Source: Octopus vulgaris (Eukaryota). From it: a DNA stretch of 64,000 bases. The DNA is taken from positions 6,634,001 through 6,698,000 of the forward strand of contig OX597829.1 in NCBI GenBank assembly GCA_951406725.2, read 5' to 3'. Below the pieces are notes generated by a model, which was given only the letters and a program-made list of their open reading frames with translations, was not told the DNA's origin and searched no databases. The translations under genes and the position numbers were made by a program. Shown here in pieces: positions 1 through 13,289 of this stretch (its first letter is position 1; every line of letters begins with the position of its first letter).

Positions 1-290
<290 letters not shown>

Positions 291-896
291 TAAATGCAAG
301 TACATCATATATATGTATATGAAAGTGTGGATGTGTGTATATGGTTATGCATGCATGTGCGTATGTATGCTTGAGTGATTGTATGAGAAGTCACATTGGG
401 TGAACAGGATAATGAGAGACTAATATTGAAGAAAGAGGACCGGAAAAGGAGAGGTTGATAGGAAGAGATGTAGTTACGGAGAGAAAGAGGAGTGTGTGTG
501 TGAGAGAGAGGGGGAATGAGAGAAAAGGAAAGAGAAAGAGAGCGAGCAATTGGCAACGATCTTTTATGTCCGTATGTATGTGTATGTCTCTCTTACTTTC
601 TCTCGCTACTCATGTATATATATATACAGAGAGAGAGAGAGAGAAAGGCAAACAGGCTGATAGATAGATATATAGATAGGTAGATGGAGAGATGGATAGA
701 TGTAGATATATATATACATATACATATATATATATCCATACGTATATTCCTATATACACATATATAGGTATCTACTATATAGGTTATGCACACATATATA
801 CATACATACGTACTTCATACCTACATACATACATACATTCATGCTTACAATCATATATACAGACATACATACGGAAATAGATATGATAGATCGTTA

Positions 897-1103
897 GCTC
901 CTACACGCATTTTTTCTCTCCTTTTTTTCTCTCCTTTTCTTTCTCTCCTTGCTTTTTTTTTCTGTGTATCTTTCTGTTGAAGAGCGTAGGCTCGAAACGT
1001 TAAAGACTTGTTCTATTTCTATTCCTGAGTGCCATACTTATACATTTGTTTATTTGTACTCCACCTGTCTTCGTCTTTTGTTTATTTTCGTAAAACCCTC
1101 CCG
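897..1103 (+). mobile_element. Non-autonomous PLE-like/retrozyme fragment with degenerate minimal hammerhead motif
   Basis: 969-1006 reads tcttt-CTGTTGA-a-GAGC-gtag-GCTC-GAAAC-GTT-aaaga. Helix I (tcttt/aaaga) and helix II (GAGC/GCTC) are present, and the core has one mismatch to CUGANGA. The element ends in (TA)n. The same motif architecture occurs at 18988. Confidence 0.55.
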
Positions 1104-1504
1104 TTATATATATATATGTTCTCTAGGTCTCACTCGTATACATTATAATTTTTCTTCCCTGACACTGCACGCCCTTGCGTCAATGTATTTCTGAATGCAA
1201 GTATGTATATATATATACAGACACACACAGACACACACAGACACACATACACACACACACGCAAAATACGCATATATATACACATATATATACACATTCA
1301 TATGGAACCTTCTAAATCGTATATATTTCCATGTATGCATATATACGCATATTTGTGTATATATAAGTACATGTTGAGAATTAAATATACATAGATAGAT
1401 AATCCACACAGACACACACATATATATACACCTAGCTATGTACATATGTATGTGTGTGTGTGTAGGTATATGCATATATATATGGAGGTATATGTATACA
1501 TATA

Positions 1505-1574
<70 letters not shown>

Positions 1575-2178
1575 GTGTGTGTATACATATACGTTAATAT
1601 ATATACATGATTAAATATATAAATATATGTGTGTATTATTGTGTATGTATGTTCGTATATATGTATGTATATATGCATGTGCTTATAAAGATAATTGTAT
1701 GATTCACTGATAGCCAGTTATGGGTGTATGGAGATTAATAGAAATGCCTGTTAAATAAACAGATTGATTGATAAACGTAAGGGCAGAAGGAGAATAATGA
1801 AATTGACGAAGAGAAAGATCCATGGATGGTGAGTCGAAACGTGCGTAAAATGGAAATACTTTATACAATAAAAGTGCTGTAAAAATTGTCTTAGTTGAAG
1901 TGTAAGAGAGAATAGAAGAGGAAAAGAGAAGTTAATTGAGGTTTTTAAAATAGGAAGCTTCGGTGTGAAAGAAGGAAAATTTAAATGTGAGTAAGAGGGG
2001 AAAGGCCGCCCATGACAAAATGTATGCGCGCGTGCATGCATGCGCGCACACACATATACTTACGAAGCACACACACATACACACATATACATATATTAAT
2101 TTATCCATGCGTACACGTGATTACAATTAGTGGGTGCCTTTATGTATAATATATTTGTGTGTATTTAAAGATAGAAAA

Positions 2179-2320
<142 letters not shown>

Positions 2321-2328
2321 GACAGGTA

Positions 2329-2381
<53 letters not shown>

Positions 2382-2490
2382 GATATATATATATATATGA
2401 TATACATACATATATCTATATCTATATGTATATATATATAAAGAGAGGGAGAGGGGGAGAGAAGGAGAGAGAGATTTATATATATACATA

Positions 2491-2637
2491 GGCGCAGGAG
2501 TTGCTGTGTGGTAAGTAGCTTGCTTACCAACTACATGTATCCGGGTTCTGTCCTATTGCTTGGTACCTTGGGCAAGTATCTTCTACTTTAGCCTCGGGCA
2601 GACCAAAGCCTTCTGAGTGGATTTGTTAGACGTCGTA

Positions 2638-2693
<56 letters not shown>

Positions 2694-2886
2694 TGTGAGT
2701 GAGTGTGTTTGTCCACCGTCCCCTGACAACCGATGTTGGCGTGTTTACATCCCTGTAACCTAGCGGTTCGTCAAGGGAGGCCGATACAGTAAGTACTAGG
2801 CTTACAAAGAATAAATCCTCGAGTCTATTTGTTCGATTAAAGGCGTTGCTCCAGCATAGCCACTGTCAAATTACTGAAACAAATAA
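2491..2886 (+). mobile_element. tRNA-derived SINE, family A (octopus OK/OR-class)
   Basis: Head ggcgcaggagttgctgtgtggtaag...ccgggttc (A/B-box-like), internal (TG)n, tail ...ctgaaacaa. About 12 homologous copies lie in the window. Confidence 0.85.
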
Positions 2887-2898
2887 TATATATATACA

Positions 2899-3295
2899 CT
2901 GTGTGGTAAGTCGCTTGCTAACCAACCACATGGTTCCGGGTTCAGTCCCACTGCGTGGCATCTTGGGCAAGTGTCTTCTGCTATAACCTCGGGCCGACCA
3001 AAGCCTTGTGAGTGGATTTGGTAGACGGAAACTGAAAGAAGCCTGTCGTATATATGTATATATATGTATGTGTGTTTGTTTGTGTGTCTGTGTTTGTCCC
3101 CCTAGCATTGCTTGACAACCGATGCTGGTGTTTACGTCCCCGTCACTTAGCGGTTCGGCAAAAAGAGAACGATAGAATAAGTACTGAGCTTACAAAACAA
3201 AAAGAATAAGTCCCGGGGTCGAGTTGCTCGACTAAAGGCGGTGCTCCAGCATGGCCGCAGTTAAATGACCGAAACAAGTAAAAGAGTAAAAGAGT
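2899..3295 (+). mobile_element. SINE family A, near full length
   Basis: ctgtgtggtaag...ggttccgggttcagtcccactgcgtggca...gaaacaagtaaaagagtaaaagag. Confidence 0.9.
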
Positions 3296-3438
3296 ATGTA
3301 TATGTGTATATATATATGTGTGTGTGTATATATATGTACATATACATACATATATCTATACATATATTTATATATTCATACATATATATATATATATAAA
3401 TATATAGATATATCTATCTATATATATATATGCGTATA

Positions 3439-3469
<31 letters not shown>

Positions 3470-3474
3470 ATATA

Positions 3475-3557
<83 letters not shown>

Positions 3558-4169
3558 GTATATATTAGAGCGAGCGGATAACTGACAAGCCGACAGTAAG
3601 AGAGATAGATACCATAAGTAAAATAGTAAACGGAATGAATTGATTTTATAAATATCAATATATAGTAATAAAGCTTATAATTATGATAGTGAATCATTGT
3701 AAAGAAAGAATAATGAGAGAGAAATGTAGTTACTGGGGAGTATGAAGAGAACCAGAACGACAGACTAAGAGAAATAATGACAGGAAGGAAGAAGGAAAGA
3801 CTGAGGGAGATTTGGAAATACACGAACCAGAATATGTAAAAGAGAATGGAAGAGAAAGTTGATTAAGTAACGAAAATGAAAAACAGGAATACGGAAATGG
3901 TGAAAGTGAGATAAAATAAGCAAGTAATTGATTAGGCAGAAGCGAGCGATGGGTGAAATTACAACAAAGGCGGGAAAATATCAAACAGAGAATTTAATAG
4001 AGAAATAACAGAAATAAAAACACAAAAATAACAAAAGAAAAATCACGAGAACCGGAAAAGAATTAACGAAATAAAGCATATGAATAAATGATTTCAATCA
4101 GAAGACTATGAGAGAGCGGAGTAAAAGAGAAAGAAGACAAGGGATGAGATATATACTTCAAGAGAGGAA

Positions 4170-4208
<39 letters not shown>

Positions 4209-4250
4209 CGGCGGTGCATCAGCATGGCCGCAGCTCTGAGCTGAAACTAG
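4209..4250 (+). mobile_element. SINE family A 3' terminal fragment
   Basis: ggcggtgcatcagcatggccgcag...ctgaaac matches the family A 3' end. Confidence 0.6.
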
Positions 4251-4299
<49 letters not shown>

Positions 4300-4514
4300 T
4301 ATATTTGAAGTGTGATGGAGGGTTTGGATAAAAAAAAATTGGGGAGATACCTGAAAGATAAGATGAATACACGAGTGAAATCGTGAAGACAATTTTGCGT
4401 GAAGTTTCATTGGGGAGAGAATAGCGTTAGCGAAATCGAGGCTGGGAACCACAATAGTGTCAAAATAACAACGTCAGCCATCAACGTAGATAAGGATTTG
4501 AGCAACAACATTGT

Positions 4515-4760
4515 TAATAATGCTTTATTTGCCACAGGGCAACAGTTAAAGAAACAATAAGAAGACAAAGTACAAGACGGAAAGGGTTTTATTCAATCAA
4601 GAAAACGAATCACAAACATGGCAAACAACACTACAAGTTCAAAATGTAAAGCTCGAAGAACTACACTGGAATAGAAAAAAACTACCACATTGCTTAGTCA
4701 GAATTCCTCACGAATCTTTCATTACATTAACAGTCTCAGGCAAGTGATTTCCCCCCAGTT
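4515..4760 (-). mobile_element. Possible degenerate Tx1/L1-like LINE 3' end
   Basis: The minus strand ends ...gttgccctgtggcaaataaagcattatt, resembling the 3' terminus gccctgtgtggctaataaag of the Tx1-like copies at 8213 and 57011. Extent is approximate. Confidence 0.35.
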
Positions 4761-6209
4761 GTGCTTTTCATTCTAGAAACGGACGCTGAGAATTGTACCA
4801 TTCAGTCAGCCTATACCAGTTACATTTATTATTCAACATATTTACTCGAAAGCAAGATCTTAAGATGCCACAATTAGTGAAACTTGCAGAGATCGATATA
4901 GGATTAACCAAATCGCAAAACGTCGCAAGTTATTAATTTTGAATATTAAATGTGTGCATGCAGAATACCTGGTTGACGGTAGGCCCATGGTTAACTGTAT
5001 GTTGGCCCCAAAGTGATAATGTTTTCCAATAAAACTATCAAACTAGAAGTTGTACATAGGTTCCTGACTTCGGAATAGTCAACCCATGTCATCCTTCTAA
5101 GCATGTAGCATTTCCTCGAGAACGTCGTTGCTCGTGTTCGCTCATGTTTCGTATTGTAGACATAAGCCGGTATCTTGCACTTTTATAGAGTGCAAGGGCT
5201 GCCGTCCTACTTAACGCATTACCCAACAGGTGGAGGGCTATGAGCATCTGATTTTAATTAGAAACTTAGCATTTCGGTCCTGTTATTCGCTTAACGCGAA
5301 ACTGTAAGTTCCTCAAGGAAATTGGTTGCAAAGATGACAATATTCATACAACTTCCTTTACTTGAATTCAGCAAAAGTTTGTGTATTTTTACCTCACCTT
5401 ATCGATTTTTACACAGGTAGAGTAGAATAGTTTGTAGACTGTTAGGTAGATAAATGTATGTATGTGTGTGGGTGTGTGTGAGTGTGTGTATGCACTTTTG
5501 TTTTGTATGTAAGCATATAGATATGAAAATAAACAAATCAACATACAGACGGATAGGTACGTAGGTTATAAGAACAGACAAGCACATATACGCAAATGGA
5601 GACTGAAACACATGACTATATATACACACACTTTACTCCACACAAAGACACATATGGAGACACGGATCCACACTTATAAAGATGCACATCCATACAGACA
5701 AACATGGTACATAGTTGCATAACACACATACACACACACACGCACAAAGACATGCACACACAAAGAGACAGAGGTGCATACATATTCAAACATATGCTCA
5801 CACACACATACATAGAAAATACACAAACACGGACATGCAAGCACATAAATATAGAGGATACGTACATACAGATGCACATATATACATACATATATACATA
5901 TGCATACACACACATATATACATACACACACATACATACGTACATGTATGCATGTATAAGCACACACACGCACACACACTGACCCACACACATGCGCTCA
6001 AACAAACAAAAGGGAACGCAGTGTAAATAACGGACAGAGTCAAGACTATTGAAAAGGTTGCAAGACGCAACGAAAATTTTAGGAAAATAAAAATAAGAAA
6101 TGAGTGGAAATTTTACCGGTGAGTGTGTTAAATAATAAGGCACAAAAAGAGAATGACTCTCACCAGACACAACAGTATAATATAAATATATATATATATA
6201 TGTATGTAT

Positions 6210-6393
6210 ATATTACATTTTATAAAGGGCTTAGTAAAATAAATTACTTTGCCACATACTGAACTCAGTAATTTATTTTACTAAGCCCTTTATAAAATGT
6301 AATATTTTGAATTCGCCTTAAATGGTCCCTTTACATACTGAATACTTGGTGAAATTGATTAATAATTAATTAATTTTACCCTCAATTGTTGAA
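6210..6393 (+). mobile_element. Fold-back element (39-bp perfect inverted repeat plus one-sided tail) in (TA)n, PLE-like
   Basis: Arms 6210-6248 and 6267-6305 are exact reverse complements around an 18-nt loop. An unpaired tail runs to ~6393, and TA repeats flank both sides. Confidence 0.6.
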
Positions 6394-6396
6394 ATA

Positions 6397-6448
<52 letters not shown>

Positions 6449-6450
<2 letters not shown>

Positions 6451-6644
6451 GGTCCCGGGTTGATTCGGGGTTAACCACAGTAAGTAAGGTACTCAATACA
6501 TAGCAGAGTAAAATTAATTTATTATATAGAAGGAGCTTCTACAGGACCAGCACTGTTTCATTCAAGAGAAATCCTCAGGAAGCTTCCTGAGGATTTCTCT
6601 TGAATGAAACAGTGCTGGTCCTGTAGAAGCTCCTTCTATATAAT

Positions 6645-6647
<3 letters not shown>
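6449..6647 (-). mobile_element. Fold-back PLE-like element with 130-bp loopless palindrome
   Basis: 6518-6647 is a perfect palindrome centred on ag|ct at 6582/6583. The tail is 6449-6517 and (TA)n flanks both sides. Confidence 0.7.
6581..6631 (+). ncRNA. Type I hammerhead ribozyme motif (mirror copy on minus strand at 6534-6584)
   Basis: agcttc-CTGAGGA-tttc-tctt-gaat-GAAAC-ag-tgctggtc-ct-GTA-gaagct gives a 6-bp helix I, short helix II, 4-bp helix III and a GUA cleavage triplet. Confidence 0.7.
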
Positions 6648-6691
<44 letters not shown>

Positions 6692-7171
6692 CCGTTAACA
6701 TATGATTTCGAGTTTAACCAATGTCTTATATTAGATACATGTCCATTCCAAATCACGTAACATATTTAATAATATTGCTAACATAATCTTTCAGATGACT
6801 ACCTGTCTTTGTTTTTGTTTTAACTTTGTCGTGCAAATGTGGCATTAAATCATCAACGCTGCAGATCTGCTCTTGTACATCCTCTAAAAGAGATTTTCAA
6901 CCCAGAAATAAATGAACGCACTTTTGAACTGAGTGTAGAGTACTCTTGGCCGTTCAATATGTGATTATTAATGGATTAAAGTCACAGGTTTTGAATAAGT
7001 TATAGGACCAAAGTTTTCGAAAGCAAGATAATCTCTAGACTCTCAGTCTGTGCAAAGCTCAGACATATTACTGTTTAGGACATTATATTTCATTATTTGA
7101 TTGGGCAATTCGAACTATTACTAACAGCAGTCAATTGTTACTTATTATAAGTTAATTTAAGTTGATCTTTT

Positions 7172-7514
7172 GACTCAAAAAGCAAAAAGCAAGGCCATGT
7201 TGGGGGACATGGAGTTATGTACAGGGAGAGTGTTCATGCAAAGAGTTCAGGCCATTTCTGGTCAAGAGAGACTTTGAACCGAGTGGTCGTCGGCATCTTC
7301 ACCATCTCGTCCGGCAGCTTATTCCACGGATCCGCAACCCGGACGGAGAAAGCCCCTCTCCTTCGATTGAGATGAAATCATCGCAGATAGAGCTTTTCGG
7401 AGTACACCGCAGCCGACGCTCTGGAGCAGGAGTGAAGAACAGCTCTTTCGAGACGTTACACTTTCCGCTTATGATGTTGTGAGCGAGAATGAGATCTCCA
7501 CGGCGTCGAACCAC
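7172..7514 (-). mobile_element. CR1/L2-group LINE 3' end, 5'-truncated
   Basis: Minus-strand RRRGDLILAHNII...FSVRVADPWNKLP is typical of the CR1-group ORF2 C-terminus, with a frameshift. A short 3' UTR with a ctttttg tandem tail follows. Confidence 0.8.
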
Positions 7515-8212
7515 TATACCGTTGTGTTCAATTCAAGATATTCCTAATGAGCAGAACTGGGAACAATAGTTAAAAGTGCCTTTGATTTACCTTTAAAATA
7601 ATTATAATTAGTCACTTTATGTGTTGTGCAGAAATAGAAAAGAAAGGGCTTGGTGAAAGCCCTTAAAACAAAGTATACTAAAGACCAAAGTATATGTTAC
7701 TATTTAACACTATTGTCTACTGGAATCGGTCCCTACAGAACTTTATTTAACCAAAAGTAAATAGTGCGAAAACATGTACTGACAAACACAGGTGGGCATT
7801 CAAACTTCACCTAAGTTTTGCGTACTGAAGTTTTGAGTCGAGGATTTTCACTAGTTAAAGAAAACATTGTAAAAGCTAAGGAGGAAAATACGAATGACAA
7901 TGCTATATGTTACAAATTAAAGAAAGATAACATAATAAAAACACACACGCAAGCGTATATCCGTGCGTACATGCATATATACATACGCATGTATGTACGT
8001 ATGTAGCAATTTATGTAAGCCTGTATGTATGTATGTATGTGCGTGTATGTATGTATGTATTTGTGTATGCTGTTTTATGCGTGTGTATGAACTGGGCGAA
8101 TAAAGGGGTGTAGAAGAGGAAGAAAAGAAGAATGTAGAATAAAAAAAAAAAAAAAGAACAGAGAAAATCAGCTAGAAGAGATAGATAGATAGATGGATAG
8201 TTAGATAGATAT

Positions 8213-10074
8213 GTTTCTTTATTAGCCACACAGGGCCGAACACAGACAGGACAGATTACAAAGTAGACCTTTTCTTTTTGGGGGAGAGAAAAAAAAGTCG
8301 GGTAAGTTTTTGATCAAATGGGATCATAAAAGGGAAAGAAATAAAAAAGAAACAAAGAACAAAAACGATTAATAGTGATCGTGTATCACAGAAATGTCAT
8401 GATGTAAAGTGTAAAGGGGGAAGCAGATAAGGTTTATCCGTGGAAAGAAAAGCCTACGGAAAAGACCACGGTAACCTCGGTCAATAATGTTACATGTTAC
8501 CACATTTGCTTGCAAGTAGGTAACCCTCTGTTTTCAATTTCCGGGTTCATAGGATCATGCTCAAGGTGGCTTCGTCATTCATACGTGCCATCCTTGCTAC
8601 ATTTACCCATCTTTTTTTGAAACATTCGCTAGTCAAATCTTGCCTCTCTACTCTCACTTTCCTTTTCAAGTGATACTTGAAGTTGATGAGAGATTGACCA
8701 GAGAGGGAAGTGTTCGTCTCCAATCCTTTCAGACGCGTCCACCAGATACATTCTTTCGCCATAGCCACAAGGATGATGAAAATAGCTCTTCCTTCCCGTT
8801 TGAAGGAAGGAGGCGTGACAATATTGACGATAGACTCGGCTGATAAACCGACTCGTCCCACACGTGACAGCAGTTGTTCGACATAAGCCCACAGGTCGGA
8901 AATTGTTGGACACTACACGAGTGCGTGCAAAACGGTTTCGTCGCTCTGACCGTATCTCGGGCAGGTCGGCCCCGTGTTTCAAGAGCCGTGTCTGTAGAGC
9001 TTATCCCGAACGGGTAGCGCTTCTCGGTAGCACTGCCAGGCCAGGGATCTCTGGAAGTTGTCCATGGGCCCTAGCCTGAAAATCATCCTGAACAGGCGGG
9101 TCAGGTATTCCTCGTCGACGTCCAGGTTCGCCCCAGCTCGTCGTCGTACCTCCCCTCCACTAATCCCCTATAGAATGCTTTGGTTGTTTTGAAGTCACTC
9201 AAGGTCGACCCGGGACGGCAGAGTTGCTTGAGAGCAACGCGACACTCGCGGTGCCATTCGCCCTTTCTCGGCCTCTTATTGTCCAGGTTTGCAGTTCGGT
9301 CATAGAGACGAGTTACGGGAAAGCGTGCCTCACAAACGGCGACTACACCTGTTCACCGTCGTCTACGTAGAGCCTGAGATGTCGCTGTCTCAGCGCTTGT
9401 CTGCGCATCATCAACCACGGCATGCCCAGTTCTCCTTTTAACGGGTGTTGACAGCAAATGGATCGCCTGACCATCGGGACGCATCCTTTCCACAAGAAGC
9501 GAAAGAGAATGCGTTCTAGTTTGGTGATGGTAGGGTCGGGACAAGGCACGACGGTCAGGCGGTAGTAGATGACGGATGAGTTCGCCACCTCCGCCCGACC
9601 TTTTAGGGACAGTTTCCTCTCGGCTCATTGCTGGGCAAGAGTGACCACCCTATTTGTTATCTCGTTCCAGTTTTTCTCTATTTGGAGGTCCTGACCAAAC
9701 CGAACCCCGAGCAACTCGACCGGACCGTCGATCCAGTGTCTCACGACAGAGGCGCTGGTGGACGGCATGGGCTTGCTTCTGCAGATGCTGAGCCGCAAGC
9801 CCACTGACATTTCCCGGTTGATTTTCGCTCCTGTCACCGCTTCGTAGTCCTTCAGTGCCTCTCAGGGTTGCCAGCTTCCGCAATAATGGCCCGAGAGTCA
9901 ATACGTAGAGAAGCGACGAGACGCGGCATCCCTGACGGACCGAACGCGCGATGTCGAAAGGTCTCGATAGATGTCCATTTACGCGAATTACTGAACGGTT
10001 ACCTCTGTACAAAGCGGCTATCCGGCCGCGGAAAACGGGACCGAAACCAGCTGCTCTGAGGACAGCCTCCAAGG
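8213..10074 (-). mobile_element. Tx1/L1-clade LINE, 3' part of ORF2 (RT C-terminal half) and 3' UTR, pseudogenised
   Basis: Frames give VNGHLSRPFDIARSVRQGC..SSLLYVL, GAKINRE, VELLGVRFG, KLSLKGRAEV, LERILFRFLW and GELGMP. The 3' end is ...ggctaataaagaaac, and (GATA)n flanks both sides. Confidence 0.88.
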
Positions 10075-10262
<188 letters not shown>

Positions 10263-10385
10263 AGTGTGTGTGTGAATGGCGGCATATATGCATATTTACA
10301 TATGTATATGTATGTATATATGTATATATGTATGTATGTGTGTATGTATGTATGTATGTATGTAGGTATTATGTATATATACATA

Positions 10386-10717
10386 GGTGCAGGCGTAGTT
10401 GCATGGTGAGGGGTTTGCCTCCCAATAATATGGCCCTGTGTTCTGCCTCACTGCGTTATATCTTGGGCAACACTTCTACTTATAGGTTCGGGTCGACCAA
10501 TGCCTTATCACTAGACGGAAACTACTTTATGCGTTTTGATATGTTTGCCCCACCCCACCATCACCTCTTAACAATCATTGTTGGTGTGTTTAAATATTCG
10601 AAATCTAGCGGTTCAGCAAAAGTAACCGATAGAATAAGTACCAAGCTGAAAGTGAATAAGCTCTGAGGTCGATTCGTTCGACAAAAATGGCTGCAGTCGA
10701 ATGACTGAAACAAGTGA
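10386..10717 (+). mobile_element. SINE family A, diverged
   Basis: Degenerate head ggtgcaggcgtagttgcatggtg, plus agcggttcagcaaaagtaaccgatagaataagtac and gactgaaacaag. Confidence 0.7.
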
Positions 10718-10931
10718 TAAGCTACATATACATGCATACATACATACATACATATATATACACACACACATACATACATGCATACATACATACATATATA
10801 CATACATACATACATACATACACATACACACACACACACATATATATATAGAGAGAGAGAGAAAGAGAGAGAGAAAGAGAGAAAGAGATAGATAGATAGA
10901 TAGATAGTTAGATATAGATATAGATATGTAT

Positions 10932-11112
10932 GGAGTGGCTAAGTGTTAAGTAGCTTGCTAACCAACCGCATGGTTCCGGGTTCAGTCCCAGTGCGTGGCA
11001 CCTTGGACAAGTGTCTTCTACTATAGTTTCGAGCCGACCAAAGCCTTGCAAGTTGGTTTGTAGACAGAAACTGAAAGAATCCTGCCGTATATATACATAT
11101 ATATGTGTGTGA

Positions 11113-11170
<58 letters not shown>

Positions 11171-11446
11171 CTGTGTGTATAAATGGATGAATGAATTTTC
11201 CTTTATTTACCGTTAACATGGAAAATTCAATAAACAGTTACCAGGGTAGCAAAATTCACGCAAGTAACAAGTATGTAGGGACCTATTCAAAGGTAGAGAC
11301 TCTGGGTTAATGTGCAGTAATTTGTGTAGTATAATTTCCTGATGAGAAGATTTCACTTTACACCGTTTATTCCAACGGAATAAAACCAATGTTGTTTTCG
11401 AAACATATGTCGAAAAAAAAAACTGAATAGCATCTGCGTTGAACTT

Positions 11447-11492
<46 letters not shown>

Positions 11493-11687
11493 GTTGTGTG
11501 TGTGTTTGTCTCCCACCATCACTTGACAACCGATGCTGGTATATTTACGTCCCCGTAACTTAGCGGTTCGGCAAAAAGAGACCGATAGAATAAGTACTAG
11601 GCTAACAAAGAATAAGTCCTCGGGCTCGATTTGCTCGACTAAAGGCGGTGCTCCAGCATAACTGAAACAAGTAAAAGAGTAAAAGAA
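10932..11687 (+). mobile_element. SINE family A interrupted in its internal microsatellite by an HHR-bearing insert
   Basis: The 5' half (10932-11090) and 3' half (~11500-11687) match family A. Foreign sequence occupies ~11178-11450. Confidence 0.85.
11335..11415 (+). ncRNA. Minimal type I hammerhead ribozyme with canonical core
   Basis: tttc-CTGATGA-gaaga...ttttc-GAAAC-atat-GTC-gaaa. Helix I is tttc/gaaa, helix III is capped by palindromic ATAT, and the triplet is GUC, the form described for PLE-associated minimal HHRs. Confidence 0.8.
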
Positions 11688-11703
11688 TATATTACTCTAA
11701 GAG

Positions 11704-11740
<37 letters not shown>

Positions 11741-12113
11741 CGGGAGACAGACAGACAAACAGAGTGACAGACAGAGATACGTAGTGCGGGGGTGGGGCAG
11801 TAGACGCAGAAAGAAGAGAATAAAAAGAAACGCAGGCACAATAAGCGATATCGTTAGAAATCCAGGGGGAAAGAGCGATAGGAAAAAAGCAGGAAATACA
11901 GAAGGGAAAGGAAGGGACGTCCATTGATTTCGTCTTTCATAATAAAACTATAAATTCTACTGGAAAATGGTGTTGACGAAAGCGGGGTCAAAGTGTTATG
12001 GGCAAGATAGCAGAGAAGATGATTTAGATGCGATAGTGAGAGAAAATTGAATAGCAATAAGGCAAGAAAAAGAGAATTTAGTTACCGGAATATAATTTGG
12101 GTGCGCGTGCACA

Positions 12114-12155
<42 letters not shown>

Positions 12156-12231
12156 CGAATAGTAACATACATGAGCAAGCAGGCGTGTATGTGTGGTTGT
12201 GCTTATATATATATGTATATATATATATACT

Positions 12232-12441
12232 TTAAGCAGAAGAAAATTCAACAAAATCTGTTACTCTGAGTTTCTCGTTGCCGTTCATCAGACATTTTTT
12301 GCTAGTCTGATGAACGGCAACGAGAAACTCAGAGTAACAGATTTTGTTGAATTTTCTGCTGCTTAAAATAAAGCATATTACTCTACCACTGGTATTTGAG
12401 TACTCTTTTTTCCACCTTGTTTCACATTTATGTGTTTACTC

Positions 12442-12443
<2 letters not shown>
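12232..12443 (+). mobile_element. Fold-back PLE-like element with an HHR motif in each arm
   Basis: Near-perfect inverted arms 12232-12293 / 12305-12366 with an 11-nt loop, tail to 12443, then (TA)n. The arm reads gt-CTGATGA-acggcaacga-GAAAC-tcaga-GTA-ac. Confidence 0.75.
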
Positions 12444-12539
<96 letters not shown>

Positions 12540-12825
12540 GTAGATAGATAGATAGATAGATATACCCACTTATATGTATATAGACACATACGTATACACT
12601 TAATTATATGTGTGTGTGCGTGTGTGTTTATATACGCAGATACACTCAAACTCGGTCACTTAAAGAGGACTATCGATATTGTAATGACCACTAGCATTTT
12701 TTGTGTACGTTTATATTTAATAATATATATGTGTGTATATATATATATGTGTGTATGTATATATGTATATATATATGTATATATATATGTATATATGTAT
12801 ATATATATATATATGTATATATATG

Positions 12826-12861
<36 letters not shown>

Positions 12862-12963
12862 TATATAATATACATATAACAATTATTTGAGGGAATATTA
12901 TTCCTAACTTACAGGGAAAAATTCAATAATATATGTATAATATGCATACATACATACATACAT

Positions 12964-13018
<55 letters not shown>

Positions 13019-13289
13019 TAAAAATATATATAGATACTTATATAAATGTTTGTATGCTTGCATTGGATATATATAGATATATATATACATATACATATAC
13101 ATGTACATGCTTTTATCCATATATATTCATACGTACATACAAACTCGGATAGAAACGGAATGGTATTTGAGTTAGAGAAACTGGTTCCTTCTGCCGTTAT
13201 CTTTTGATAATTAATTTAAACAAGGACAACAGAAAAACAAACCAACAACCATAATAACTACAACAGCAACAATAATCATAATAATAATC

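Noticed and set aside
1802-1850. ttgacgaaga...gaaacgtgcgta hammerhead-like string
   Set aside because: There is no convincing helix I or II, so it is likely chance or too decayed to support.
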